Shown in pieces: positions 47,692-57,028 of a stretch of 64,000 nt of DNA (position 1 is the stretch's first letter; the number at the start of each line of letters is the position of its first letter). The notes beneath the pieces are model-generated. The model was given only the letters and a program-made list of their open reading frames with translations. It did not search any database and had not been told where the DNA came from. The DNA comes from an uncultured Chloroflexia bacterium (lineage in GTDB: Bacteria > Chloroflexota > Dormibacteria > Aeolococcales > Aeolococcaceae): NCBI GenBank assembly GCA_963803165.1, contig CAWDLK010000001.1, positions 184,723 to 248,722 of the forward strand. Direction: 5' to 3'. Position numbers and translations under genes: made by a program.

Positions 47692-49421
47692 GCCGCGTTC
47701 TCCCCGAGCTGCGAGACGACGATCTCCCGGTACTCCGGGCAGGAGACCATGAGCTGCTCGTGGGTTCCGGAGCCCACCACCACGCCGTCGTCGAGGACGA
47801 TGATCCGGTCGGCGCTCAGGATGGTGCTCACCCGCTGGGCCACGATCACCACGGTCACGTCCCGGGTCTCGGCGCTCAGCTCCGCCCGAAGCCGCGCGTC
47901 CGTCGCCGCGTCCAGTGCCGAGAAGCAGTCGTCGAAGAGGTAGATCAGGGGTCGCTTGACCAGGGCACGGGCGATGGCGAGACGCTGCCGCTGGCCGCCG
48001 GAGACGTTGGTGCCACCCTGGTCGATCTCCGCCTCGAGCTGGCCGCCCATGGTGGCCACGAAGTCACGGGCCTGAGCCACCTGAAGGGCATGCCAGAGGT
48101 CGGCGTCGGTGGCGTCCTCGCCGGCGAAGCGCAGGTTGTCCGCGATCGTCCCGCTGAACAGGTATGCCTGCTGGGGCACCAGACCGATGCACCCCCACAG
48201 CTCGTCGAGGCTGCGCTCCCTGACGTCCACTCCGTCGAGGAGCACCGACCCGGAGGTCGCGTCGAAGAAGCGCGGGATGAGGTTCAGGAGGGTCGTCTTG
48301 CCGGCGCCGGTGCCACCGATGATGGCGGTGGTCTCTCCGGGGCGGAGCAGGAACGAGACGTCGCGGAGCACCGGCTGCTCTCCACCCGGGTAGCCGAAGG
48401 TGACATCGCGGAACTCGACGACCCCCTTCGCGACGGCCGGGCTCACCGGATGCTCGGGGCTCTGGATCGCCGGCTGCACCCGCGCCACCGCGTCGATGCG
48501 CTCGGCGCTCGCCTGAGCGCGCGGGACCAGGATGAACATGACCACGGCGATGAGCACCGACATCAGGATCTGGAGGATGTAGGCGAGAAACGCGGTGAGG
48601 TTGCCGATCGGCATCTGCCCGCTGCTGATGAGGTGGCCCCCGAACCAGAGGACCGCGACGCTGGAGAGGTTCATGATCGCCATCATCAGGGGCATGGCGA
48701 GCACGAAGAGCCGGTTGACCCGCAGGCCGGTCGCGGTGAGGCTGGCGTTGGCGGCGGCGAAGCGGCGCTCCTCGTCGTCGGAGCGGACGAAGGCGCGGAT
48801 CACGCGGACGCCGGTGATCTGCTCGCGCAGCACCTGGTTGATCTTGTCGATCTTCACCTGCATCGACTTGAACTGCGGCACGGCGAGGAAGAGCATGGCT
48901 ACCACGATCAGGGCCATCAGCGGGACGGCCACCACCAGCAGCACGGAGAGGGTGACGTCCTCGTGGAGCGCCATGATCACACCGCCGACCATCATGATCG
49001 GCGCCGCCACCATCAGGGTCAGCGCCATCTGCAGGAAGATCTGGATCTGCTGCACGTCGTTGGTGTTGCGGGTGATCAGCGAGGCGGTCCCGAAGCTGTT
49101 CATCTCGCGCGCCGAGAAGCGCATGACGCGGTCGAAGATGATGGCGCGCAGATCGCGGCCGACCCCCATCGAGGTGCGCGAGGCGAAGTAGGTGGCGATG
49201 ACGGCCGCCACCCCGCTCAGCAGGGTGAGTGCGAGCATCCACGCGCCGGTGTGCCAGATGTAGCCGACGTCGCCCTTGCTGATGCCGTTGTTGATGATGT
49301 CGGCGGTCAGGTTGGGCAGGTAGAGGCCGAGGATGGTCTGGGCGACGATCAGCACGAGGACGGTCGATACCGGTACCCGGTAGGGCCGGAGGCGCGCCAG
49401 CATCATGCGGATCAGGGTCAC
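47688..49421 (-). CDS. Heterodimeric ABC exporter subunit (TMD + degenerate NBD)
   Basis: GGTGAGKT, VSGGQRQR, LFDDCFSALD, VAQRVST. Confidence 0.95.
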   Translation of the reverse strand: MTLIRMMLARLRPYRVPVSTVLVLIVAQTILGLYLPNLTADIINNGISKGDVGYIWHTGAWMLALTLLSGVAAVIATYFASRTSMGVGRDLRAIIFDRVMRFSAREMNSFGTASLITRNTNDVQQIQIFLQMALTLMVAAPIMMVGGVIMALHEDVTLSVLLVVAVPLMALIVVAMLFLAVPQFKSMQVKIDKINQVLREQITGVRVIRAFVRSDDEERRFAAANASLTATGLRVNRLFVLAMPLMMAIMNLSSVAVLWFGGHLISSGQMPIGNLTAFLAYILQILMSVLIAVVMFILVPRAQASAERIDAVARVQPAIQSPEHPVSPAVAKGVVEFRDVTFGYPGGEQPVLRDVSFLLRPGETTAIIGGTGAGKTTLLNLIPRFFDATSGSVLLDGVDVRERSLDELWGCIGLVPQQAYLFSGTIADNLRFAGEDATDADLWHALQVAQARDFVATMGGQLEAEIDQGGTNVSGGQRQRLAIARALVKRPLIYLFDDCFSALDAATDARLRAELSAETRDVTVVIVAQRVSTILSADRIIVLDDGVVVGSGTHEQLMVSCPEYREIVVSQLGENAA

Positions 49422-49516
49422 GGCGTGGGCCTCCCGAGGGGTCGGGGAGCGGGGGAAAGGTGTGGGTCGGTCAAGTCCTACATGTACTGTACCATACCGC
49501 CGAGGCAGGATTCAGC

Positions 49517-50431
49517 TCATGTAGGAGATCCGTCACCCCGCGCGACAGGCCGGCGACGGGACCACGCCACCAGGGCGAGGCCGCCGAGGACGATGACGCC
49601 GATGGAGAGGGCGATGGTGATCAGCCACCTCCCGGTGAGGCTCCCGCCGGAGTAGCTGGGGATGGTCGGGATGGTCTGCAGCCGGTGGATGTAGAGGCCC
49701 CGGCTCGTCCCGGCCCAGATGGCAGGCGCGGGGCCCGAGGGGTCCGCCGCCAGGCTGAGGACGTCGTCGGGGAGGCCGGGGTCAGCCCTCACCCAGTCGT
49801 CCCCCCCGTTGGAGGTGAGCAGGGTCCCGTAGCCGTCGGTGCCGAGGTAGACGACGCCGCTCACCGCGCGGGTGTTGAAGGCGACGAGGGAGGTGACGGC
49901 CGGAGTGCCGGTGACCAGGGTGGTGGGCAGCAGGGCGAGCGAGACCGACCAGCCGCCGGTCGGCGCCCGTCGCCAGATCGTCCCCGACGTGCTGACGGCG
50001 ATCACCACCCCCGGTGTCGCCACGGGCGCCGCGATCAGGTGCGCTCCCGGACCGAGGTCGGGGCTGCCCGGATCGCGGCTCGGGGATCCCGATCCCCGGC
50101 TCACCAGCACCAGCCCAGCGGGGCTGATCGACCAGGTGCGGGAGCCGGCGGTGACCTTCGCCGCCGGCGTGGGGGGCGGTCCCGAGGCAGCGACGAAGCC
50201 GGAGGCCGTCTGGACCGTGGTCTGGCCTCCGACCACCGCCGTGACCCTGCCCTGGACCACGGCGACTCGCGACACGCTCTGCCCGGCGAAGGCGACGAGC
50301 TGCCACCATCCGCCGGCCGCCTGCGCGGGGAGCGCCGTGAGGGAGGTCAGAGCGATGACGGCGAGGGGCGCCCCGATCAGCAGCCGGGCCCGGAGCGCCG
50401 CGCCGGCGCGGGCCGGCGGGCGTCGGGTCAG
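49517..50431 (-). CDS. Secreted, C-terminally anchored protein with Asp-box/BNR-like motif
   Basis: Signal peptide ending AQA-A, TSNGGDDW Asp-box, C-terminal TM + RRR; start codon uncertain. Confidence 0.6.
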   Translation of the reverse strand: MTRRPPARAGAALRARLLIGAPLAVIALTSLTALPAQAAGGWWQLVAFAGQSVSRVAVVQGRVTAVVGGQTTVQTASGFVAASGPPPTPAAKVTAGSRTWSISPAGLVLVSRGSGSPSRDPGSPDLGPGAHLIAAPVATPGVVIAVSTSGTIWRRAPTGGWSVSLALLPTTLVTGTPAVTSLVAFNTRAVSGVVYLGTDGYGTLLTSNGGDDWVRADPGLPDDVLSLAADPSGPAPAIWAGTSRGLYIHRLQTIPTIPSYSGGSLTGRWLITIALSIGVIVLGGLALVAWSRRRPVARGDGSPT

Positions 50432-51084
50432 CGGAACCGCGACGTGCGGGCCAGCATGCTCAGGCCCCCGAAGAACCACATCCCTCCGATGACGATCAGG
50501 AACCAGGGGACGTAGACAATGTTGGCACCGCCGCCCGCGCTGTTGAGGCTGACCACGGTGATGACGATGCCGATGGCCAGGAGGATGGCGCCGAGGACGG
50601 TGTGGGTGACGGCCCGCCGGCGCAGGAACGGCCCCGTCGGACGCCCCCCGCCCATCGGCCCGTACATCCCCCGGCGCCAGCCCCGGTAACCCATCCCGGG
50701 GTACCCCGGGAACCCGGAGCCGTAGGGACCCTGGCCGTAAGGAGGTTGGCCGTAAGGAGGTTGGCCGTAAGGAGGTTGGCCGTAGGGAGGTTGGCCGTAG
50801 GGCGCCGGAGCCTCGGGGCCGGCGGCGTTGGGAGGGGCGCCGAACGGGAGTGGGGCGGGCGCCGGGCCGGCGGGCGCGCCCCAGGGCGTCGATGGATCGG
50901 GCATGCCGCCCTGACCCGGCTGAGGGCCCCCGGCCGGCGCGTCGGGCGACGCGCCCGGCGTGGCCGGGGTCCACGGCGTGTACCAGTCGGAGCCGGTGCC
51001 GAGCGGCGACGGGGTCGCCGAGGGGGGATCGGGGCTCCCCGGGGATCCGGGATCCGAGGTGGGCAGGTCGCCTGATTGGGTCAT
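50428..51084 (-). CDS. Pro/Gly/Tyr-rich protein with two C-terminal TM helices
   Basis: PYGQP repeats, then two hydrophobic helices. Confidence 0.7.
   Translation of the reverse strand: MTQSGDLPTSDPGSPGSPDPPSATPSPLGTGSDWYTPWTPATPGASPDAPAGGPQPGQGGMPDPSTPWGAPAGPAPAPLPFGAPPNAAGPEAPAPYGQPPYGQPPYGQPPYGQPPYGQGPYGSGFPGYPGMGYRGWRRGMYGPMGGGRPTGPFLRRRAVTHTVLGAILLAIGIVITVVSLNSAGGGANIVYVPWFLIVIGGMWFFGGLSMLARTSRFR
50732..50801. repeat. 15-bp tandem repeat (TGGCCGTAAGGAGGT), about 4.7 copies
   Basis: Three exact copies, one with a single mismatch, one partial; encodes PYGQP on the minus strand. Confidence 0.95.
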
Positions 51085-51196
51085 CCGGCCGTCTCCGCAG
51101 GGGGTGGGAGGTGGATCGAGCATACCCGGTCGCGGTCCCCGGTATCGCCGCCGCGCTCTCGCGAGGGACACGTGCCCGCGTGCCAGAATCTGCGCT

Positions 51197-52300
51197 GTGG
51201 AACGCATCGGCGTGGCGGTGATCGGGTACGGCCTGGCCGGCTCGGTGTTCCACGCCCCGCTGGTGGCGGCGACCCCCGGCCTCGAGGTGAGGGCGATCGT
51301 GACCGCCAACCCGGAGCGGCGCCATGCGGCGGAGCGCGACTTCCCCGCTGCCCGGATCGTGACCGGCGCCGACCGCCTCTGGGAGGACTGCGCCGACATC
51401 GGGCTGGTGGTGGTCGCGACGCCCAACCACCTCCACGCGACCCAGGCGATCACCGCCCTGGAGCACGGGCTGGCAGTCGTCGTCGACAAGCCGATGGCCC
51501 TGAGCACGGGCGAGGCCGGCGCGATGCTGGCGGCGGCCGGGCGCACCGGCGGGCTGCTCGCGGTCTTCCAGAACCGCCGGTGGGACAGCGACTTCCTGCT
51601 GCTCCGCGAGATGGTGGGAGACGGCCGGCTCGGCGGTCTCTTCCGGGTGGAGAGCCGCTTCGAGCGCTTTCGCCTCGAGGTGGATCCGCGCTCCTGGCGG
51701 GAGCAGACCAGCCCGGAGGCGGGCGGAGGGCTGCTCCTCGACCTCGGCAGCCACCTCATCGACCAGGCGCTGCTGCTGCTCGGGCAGCCGTCGGGGGTGT
51801 ACGCCGAGATCGCTCAGGTGCGCCCCGGGGCGATCGCCGACGACGACTGCTTCCTCGCCCTGAGCTTCCCCGGCGGCGCAAGGGCGCACCTCTGGATGAG
51901 CATCCTGGCGGCGTCGATCGGGCCTCGCTGGCGTGTGTGGGGTGATCGGGGGGCCCTCGAGGTGTGGGGGCTTGACCCTCAGGAGGCCTACATCCGGGCC
52001 GGCGGACGGCCCGCGGACCCGCAATACGGCAAGCCGGACGGAAGCCAGCGCGCCGCGTTCACGAGCGCGAGCGAGCCGAGCGCGGCACGCGAGGTCCAGG
52101 TGCCGGCCGGCCGTTACGTCGACTTCTACGCGGGGATGGCGGCGGCGATCCGCGGCGAGGCGGCGGTCCCCGTCCCGGCGCAGGCCGGGTGGGACGCGCT
52201 GGCCGTCATCGAGGCGGCGCGCCAGAGCGTGGCGAGCGGGCGGGTGGTCCGTCCCGAGTTCGGCTCCCGCCCGCTCCTGACGGCGGCTCAGAACCCGTAG
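51197..52300 (+). CDS. Gfo/Idh/MocA family oxidoreductase
   Basis: VIGYGLAG..FH, VATPN..H, VVVDKPM, FQNRRWD, DLGSHLIDQ. Confidence 0.93.
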   Translation: MERIGVAVIGYGLAGSVFHAPLVAATPGLEVRAIVTANPERRHAAERDFPAARIVTGADRLWEDCADIGLVVVATPNHLHATQAITALEHGLAVVVDKPMALSTGEAGAMLAAAGRTGGLLAVFQNRRWDSDFLLLREMVGDGRLGGLFRVESRFERFRLEVDPRSWREQTSPEAGGGLLLDLGSHLIDQALLLLGQPSGVYAEIAQVRPGAIADDDCFLALSFPGGARAHLWMSILAASIGPRWRVWGDRGALEVWGLDPQEAYIRAGGRPADPQYGKPDGSQRAAFTSASEPSAAREVQVPAGRYVDFYAGMAAAIRGEAAVPVPAQAGWDALAVIEAARQSVASGRVVRPEFGSRPLLTAAQNP

Positions 52301-53169
52301 AGCCCGGGGAGGACGGCGAGGGTCACGACGACGTCGGCGACGCCGTGGACGACGACCGCCGGCCAGATGGAGCCGGTCTTCTGGGTCGCCCAGCCCAGCA
52401 CGAAGCCGAGCAGCATGGTCAGCGGGACGAAGGGGGCCACCGGGCCCTGGTACACGATGGCCAGGTGGGCCAGGCCGAAGACCACCGCCTGGGTGGCGTT
52501 GGCGGTCAGCGGCGAGGTGAGCCTCTCCAGGCTGCCGAGGAGGAGGCCGCGGAACTGGAGCTCCTGGGCCGCCCCCTGGAGCATGTTGGCGGGGACCAGC
52601 CAGGGGGCGTCGCGCACCAGGGCGACCACGGGGAGGCCCTCGCGGCCGAGCACGGGCGCCGGGATGAGCAGGAAGACGAGCAGGAAGAGGACCGTGCCGG
52701 CCCCGGCGAGGGCCACCGCCGGCCAGCCGAGGTGGAGGAGGCGCAGGTGGGGCAGCTCGCGACGCACCACCAGCCAGAGCACACCGATGATGGCTGCGGT
52801 GACCAGGAACCAGGCCGCGGAGGCGTAGAGGTTGGCCTGGTCGCCGGTCTGATGGACCCCGGCGTCGGCGAGCAGGGCCGGCGCACCCAGGAAGGCCGAC
52901 CAGGAGAGGGTGACGGCGACCAGGCTGACCAGGATCAGCCGTGCGCCGGCCAGGCGGGGCACGGCGACGGAGACGGCCAGCAGGCCGAGCGCGACTCCGC
53001 TGGCGCGGAGCGTGTAGGGGTCGAGGCCGTTGGGATCGCTGTAGAGGTTGGGAAGGAGCACGACCGCCGCCAGGGCCGCGAGCGCGATGAGCAGAGGAAG
53101 CAGCCGTGCCCCCCCGGGCGAGGTGAGGCCGGGAGCGGGAGGCGGCCCCGCGGGCTGGGCCTCAGACAT
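52288..53169 (-). CDS. CPBP (CAAX/Abi) family intramembrane protease-like protein
   Basis: QELQFRG, FGLAH, TGSIWPAVVVHGVAD; multiple TMs. Confidence 0.85.
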   Translation of the reverse strand: MSEAQPAGPPPAPGLTSPGGARLLPLLIALAALAAVVLLPNLYSDPNGLDPYTLRASGVALGLLAVSVAVPRLAGARLILVSLVAVTLSWSAFLGAPALLADAGVHQTGDQANLYASAAWFLVTAAIIGVLWLVVRRELPHLRLLHLGWPAVALAGAGTVLFLLVFLLIPAPVLGREGLPVVALVRDAPWLVPANMLQGAAQELQFRGLLLGSLERLTSPLTANATQAVVFGLAHLAIVYQGPVAPFVPLTMLLGFVLGWATQKTGSIWPAVVVHGVADVVVTLAVLPGLYGF

Positions 53170-53857
53170 CCCGCCAGCGCTCGATGACCTCGGTCACCCC
53201 CAGTCGGGGCTGGCCGGCAGCCTCGGCCAGCGAGGTGTTGGCGGCGGGCACGACATCGACCCCGATGAGACGGTGGCAGGCGACCAGGAGGTCCATGTCG
53301 TCCTCGGCGATGGGCGCGACGGCCATCATCCCGCGCATCACCACCCAGTCGCGGGTGACCCGATAGCCGAGTCCGACGAGCTTGCGCCCGCCCACCGAGA
53401 CGTCGCTGAAGCCGGGACACCAGCCCCCCTCCACCCGTCCCGTGCCCGCGACCACACCGAAGCCTGCGAGCGCGATGTTGAACCAGCCCATGAGCGCTCC
53501 GTGCATCCAATCGAGGGGCATCCCCCGCTGCGGCGGGGGCACCCCGACCGCGGAGAGGCCGAGCCACCCGGGGCCGCCGATGACGAAGGTGCCGCCGGCG
53601 GGGCTGGTGGCCAGCCCGGGGAGGCCGGGGAGAGCGCGGACCGCCTCGAGCAGCTCCGCCCGGCGCGCCAGCCCGGCGCCCACCGCCACCCGGCGAAGCG
53701 TGGTGCGGAGCTGCACCGCCACCGTGCCGGGCGCACCGGCGAGATGGAGGGGCAGCTCCGGTGGGTCCTCTGCCCCGCTCTCGGCGGCGACCTCCGCGAC
53801 CCGGACCCGCCCACCCGCCGGTGCGCTGGGCGCACCGTCCTCCCGATCCTCGCTCAC
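53162..53857 (-). CDS. Lipoate-protein ligase (BPL/LplA/LipB)-like protein
   Basis: AGGTFV, GRVEGGWCPG.SDVSVGGRKLVG; GTG 6 nt after TACCGT. Confidence 0.7.
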   Translation of the reverse strand: MSEDREDGAPSAPAGGRVRVAEVAAESGAEDPPELPLHLAGAPGTVAVQLRTTLRRVAVGAGLARRAELLEAVRALPGLPGLATSPAGGTFVIGGPGWLGLSAVGVPPPQRGMPLDWMHGALMGWFNIALAGFGVVAGTGRVEGGWCPGFSDVSVGGRKLVGLGYRVTRDWVVMRGMMAVAPIAEDDMDLLVACHRLIGVDVVPAANTSLAEAAGQPRLGVTEVIERWRDV

Positions 53858-53918
53858 CGGCCGACGGTAGCGCAGCCGGGGGCGCCCGCCGGACCCTGAC
53901 ATGGGAGGATTGCGAGCC

Positions 53919-54878
53919 GTGCCCGATCCGCAACCGGTGCCCGATCGCCACCTCCACAGCGAGTGCTCGTGGGACGCGGCCCACGGAGACATGAGGGAGA
54001 CCTGTGCCCGGGCGGCCGCGGCGGGGCTGGCGGCGGTCGCCTTCACCGAGCACGCGGACTTCACCGTCTGGGTGCGCGGGCCGGCGGCGGGGAGCGCGGC
54101 GCCGGCGGGCTCCACCAAGGACCGCGACGCGGGTGGTGCCGCGGCCCGGAGTCGCTGGGACTGGTCGCCGGGACGCCTCCCCGGGCGGCCCTGGCCGGTG
54201 CGGGTGCCGGCCACCGAGGGCCGGGGCGGGGAGCTCGACATCACCGGGTACTGGGAGGCGATCGACCGCTGCCGCGCGGCGTTCCCCACCCTGAGGATCG
54301 AGTCGGGGGTGGAGCTGGGCGAGCCGCACCTCTTCCCGGAGCAGGTCGCCCGCCTCCTCGGCCACCGGCCTCTCGACCGCGTCCTCGGCTCGCAGCATGC
54401 CGTCGAGATCGAGGGGGAGCTGGTGGACATGAGCATCCCCGAGGTGCTCTCCCCGGAGCAGGCGGGCCCCCGGTTCCGGCGCTACCTCGCCGCCACCGTC
54501 GAGCTGGTGGAGAGCTCCGCGCCCTTCGGGATCCTCGCCCACCTGGACTATCCGAAGCGGTTCTGGCCCCACTCCACGCTGCGCTTCGACGAGCGGGACT
54601 TCGAAGACGAGTACCGCGCGGTGCTGGCCGCCCTCGCCCGGAGCGGGCGGGCCCTGGAGGTCAACAGCAGCCGGGCCATGGGCCCCCCGCGGGCGCCCTG
54701 CCCCGGCCTCCTGCCACTGCGCTGGTGGCACGAGGCCGGCGGCGAGGCGATCAGCTTCGGGAGCGACGCCCACCGCCCCGAGGACCTGGCCGCCGGGCTG
54801 GCGGACGCCGCGGCGATGGCCGAGGCGGCCGGCTTCCGGTCCGGCAGCGATCCACTCCAGCTCTGGCTCCGGAGCTGA
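53919..54878 (+). CDS. PHP-domain phosphatase, HisJ family
   Basis: DRHLHS, FTEH, GVELG, LGSQH, LAHLDY, LEVNS, GSDAH; start 53919 or 53901. Confidence 0.88.
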   Translation: MPDPQPVPDRHLHSECSWDAAHGDMRETCARAAAAGLAAVAFTEHADFTVWVRGPAAGSAAPAGSTKDRDAGGAAARSRWDWSPGRLPGRPWPVRVPATEGRGGELDITGYWEAIDRCRAAFPTLRIESGVELGEPHLFPEQVARLLGHRPLDRVLGSQHAVEIEGELVDMSIPEVLSPEQAGPRFRRYLAATVELVESSAPFGILAHLDYPKRFWPHSTLRFDERDFEDEYRAVLAALARSGRALEVNSSRAMGPPRAPCPGLLPLRWWHEAGGEAISFGSDAHRPEDLAAGLADAAAMAEAAGFRSGSDPLQLWLRS

Positions 54879-54994
54879 GCCCTCCCAGGGCCCGCGGTCC
54901 TTGCGCCGGGCCCGGCTGATGGCGTCCGGCTCTGTCGGACCGCCGGCGGCGCGCGATGATGGGAGCAGCGCGGACATTTGCAGGAGGTGCGGTC

Positions 54995-55477
54995 ATGGTC
55001 AGTGCCGATGCCGGAATCGAGATGGGGATCACCGCCGACGAGCGGTCAGGGGTCGCCCGTGGCCTCTCGCGGCTGCTCGCCGACACGTACACCCTGTATC
55101 TCAAGACCCACAACTACCACTGGAACGTCACCGGGCCCATGTTCGCGTCGCTGCACCTGATGTTCGAGACCGAGTACATGGAGCTGGCCCTCGCGGTCGA
55201 CGAGATCGCGGAGAGGATTCGCGCCCTCGGCGTCCGAGCGCCCGCTTCCTACCGCGAGTTCTCGGCCCTCGCCACCATCGCCGAGGACGTCGACACGCCT
55301 GACGCCACCGAGATGATCCGGCGCCTCGGCAAGGACCAGGAGGTGCTGGTTCGCGTCGCCCGCGAGGTCTTCCCCGTGGCCGAGGCGGCCCGGGACCAGT
55401 CCACCCTGGACCTGCTGACCCGACGGATGCAGATCCACGAGAAGACGGCCTGGATGCTCCGCAGCCTGCTGCAGTGA
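54995..55477 (+). CDS. dps: Dps family DNA starvation/stationary-phase protection protein
   Basis: KTHNYHWNVTGPMF..LH..FE..Y, VDEIAERIRALG, HEKTAWML; AGGAGG RBS. Confidence 0.96.
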   Translation: MVSADAGIEMGITADERSGVARGLSRLLADTYTLYLKTHNYHWNVTGPMFASLHLMFETEYMELALAVDEIAERIRALGVRAPASYREFSALATIAEDVDTPDATEMIRRLGKDQEVLVRVAREVFPVAEAARDQSTLDLLTRRMQIHEKTAWMLRSLLQ

Positions 55478-55662
55478 GCCCGACCGTGGGCCGACTGGAA
55501 CGGGTGGAGGTCGTGCCGGAGGATGGGCGCGGCCGCCCGGGGCTCCGGAGCTAGCGATCGCGCTCGCGGCCCCGGGCTCCGGCGGGGAGCTCGGAGCCCC
55601 ACCCGACCGGGTGCGACCGGATACGCTGCGCATGCTCGATCCGCGTGCCAGGAGGCCCGACC

Positions 55663-56946
55663 ATCAGCGTCACCATCCTCATCGGCGGCCAGTGGGGCGA
55701 CGAGGGCAAGGGGAAGATCATCGACCTCCTGGCCGGCTCGGTCGATCTGGTGGTCCGCTCCCAGGGCGGCGACAACGCCGGCCACACCGTGGTCACCGAC
55801 GGGCAGACCTTCAAGTTCCGGCTGATCCCGAGCGGCATCCTCTCGCCCAGCACCACCTGCGTCATCGGCCACGGCATGGTCGTCAACCCGAAGTCGTTCC
55901 TCGCCGAGCTCGACGAGCTGCACGCCCACGGGGTGAGCACGGACAACCTGGTGATCAGCGACCGAGCCCACATGGTGATGCCCTACCACCCCGTCTTCGA
56001 CCGCCTGGGCGAGCAGCAGCGCGGTGACGACCGTCTCGGCACCACCCACCGCGGCATCGGGCCCGCCTACGAGGACAAGGTGCGACGGGTCGGCTTCCGC
56101 ATCGGCGACCTCACCAAGCCGGTCTTCCTCGAGAAGAAGCTGCGATTCGTCCTCCGGCTCAAGAACGAATCGCTCACCCGGCTGTACGACCACGAGCCGT
56201 TCGACGAGCGGGCGATCCTCGACGAGTACCTCGGCTACGCCGAGCGTCTCGAGCCCCACATCCGCGACATCTACCCGATCATCCAGGGCGCCCTGCGCGA
56301 GGATCGCCGGATCCTCTGCGAGGGCGCCCAGGGGGCGATGCTCGATCTCGACCTGGGCACCTACCCCTACGTCACCTCCTCGGCGCCGACCGCCGGCGGG
56401 GCGCTCACCGGGAGCGGCATCCCTCCCTCGCGGGTGACCAGGACGATCGGAGTCTTCAAGGCCTACACGACCCGCGTCGGCTACGGTCCCTTCCCCACCG
56501 AGCTGGACGGGGACCTCGGCGAGCTGATCCGGGAGGTGGGGAGCGAGTTCGGCACGGTGACCGGGCGGGCCCGGCGGGTGGGCTGGTTCGATGCCTCGGT
56601 GGCCCGCTACTCGGTGAACACCAACGGCATCGACTCCATGGCGATCACCAAGGTCGACGTCCTCGACCAGATCGAGACCCTGAGGATCGCGACCGGATAC
56701 CGGAGCAAGGGCGAGGAGTGGGACCACCCCATGTCCAACATCTCCCACCTCAAGCATGCCGAGCCGGTGTACGAGGAGATGCCCGGCTGGCTCGCGTCGA
56801 CCCGCGAATGCCGCCGCTTCGAGGACCTGCCGGCCGCCTGCCAGGCGTACGTCGAGCGTCTCGGCGAGCTGGCGGGGGCGTCCGTGGACGTGGTCTCGGT
56901 GGGCCCGGACCGCGAGCACACCCTGGTCCGCCGGTCGATCGTGTGA
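55663..56946 (+). CDS. purA: Adenylosuccinate synthetase (start either ATC 55663 or GTG 55645)
   Basis: QWGDEGKGK, GGDNAGHT, GTT.RGIGP.Y, EGAQG..LD, GTYPYVTSS, GTVTGR.RR.GW. Confidence 0.96.
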   Translation: MSVTILIGGQWGDEGKGKIIDLLAGSVDLVVRSQGGDNAGHTVVTDGQTFKFRLIPSGILSPSTTCVIGHGMVVNPKSFLAELDELHAHGVSTDNLVISDRAHMVMPYHPVFDRLGEQQRGDDRLGTTHRGIGPAYEDKVRRVGFRIGDLTKPVFLEKKLRFVLRLKNESLTRLYDHEPFDERAILDEYLGYAERLEPHIRDIYPIIQGALREDRRILCEGAQGAMLDLDLGTYPYVTSSAPTAGGALTGSGIPPSRVTRTIGVFKAYTTRVGYGPFPTELDGDLGELIREVGSEFGTVTGRARRVGWFDASVARYSVNTNGIDSMAITKVDVLDQIETLRIATGYRSKGEEWDHPMSNISHLKHAEPVYEEMPGWLASTRECRRFEDLPAACQAYVERLGELAGASVDVVSVGPDREHTLVRRSIV

Positions 56947-57028
56947 GTTATCCTGGCCCGGCTCGCCGGCCCCCGCGGCCGGCCCGGGCGGGGACCCCAC
57001 CCCTGCGCCACAGCTGATTCGCCCGCCC

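Noticed and set aside
49472-49496. AT-rich segment with TACATGTA palindrome upstream of the ABC operon as a MarR operator
   Set aside because: Plausible, but the palindrome is only 8 bp and overlaps -10 candidates; too weak to call.
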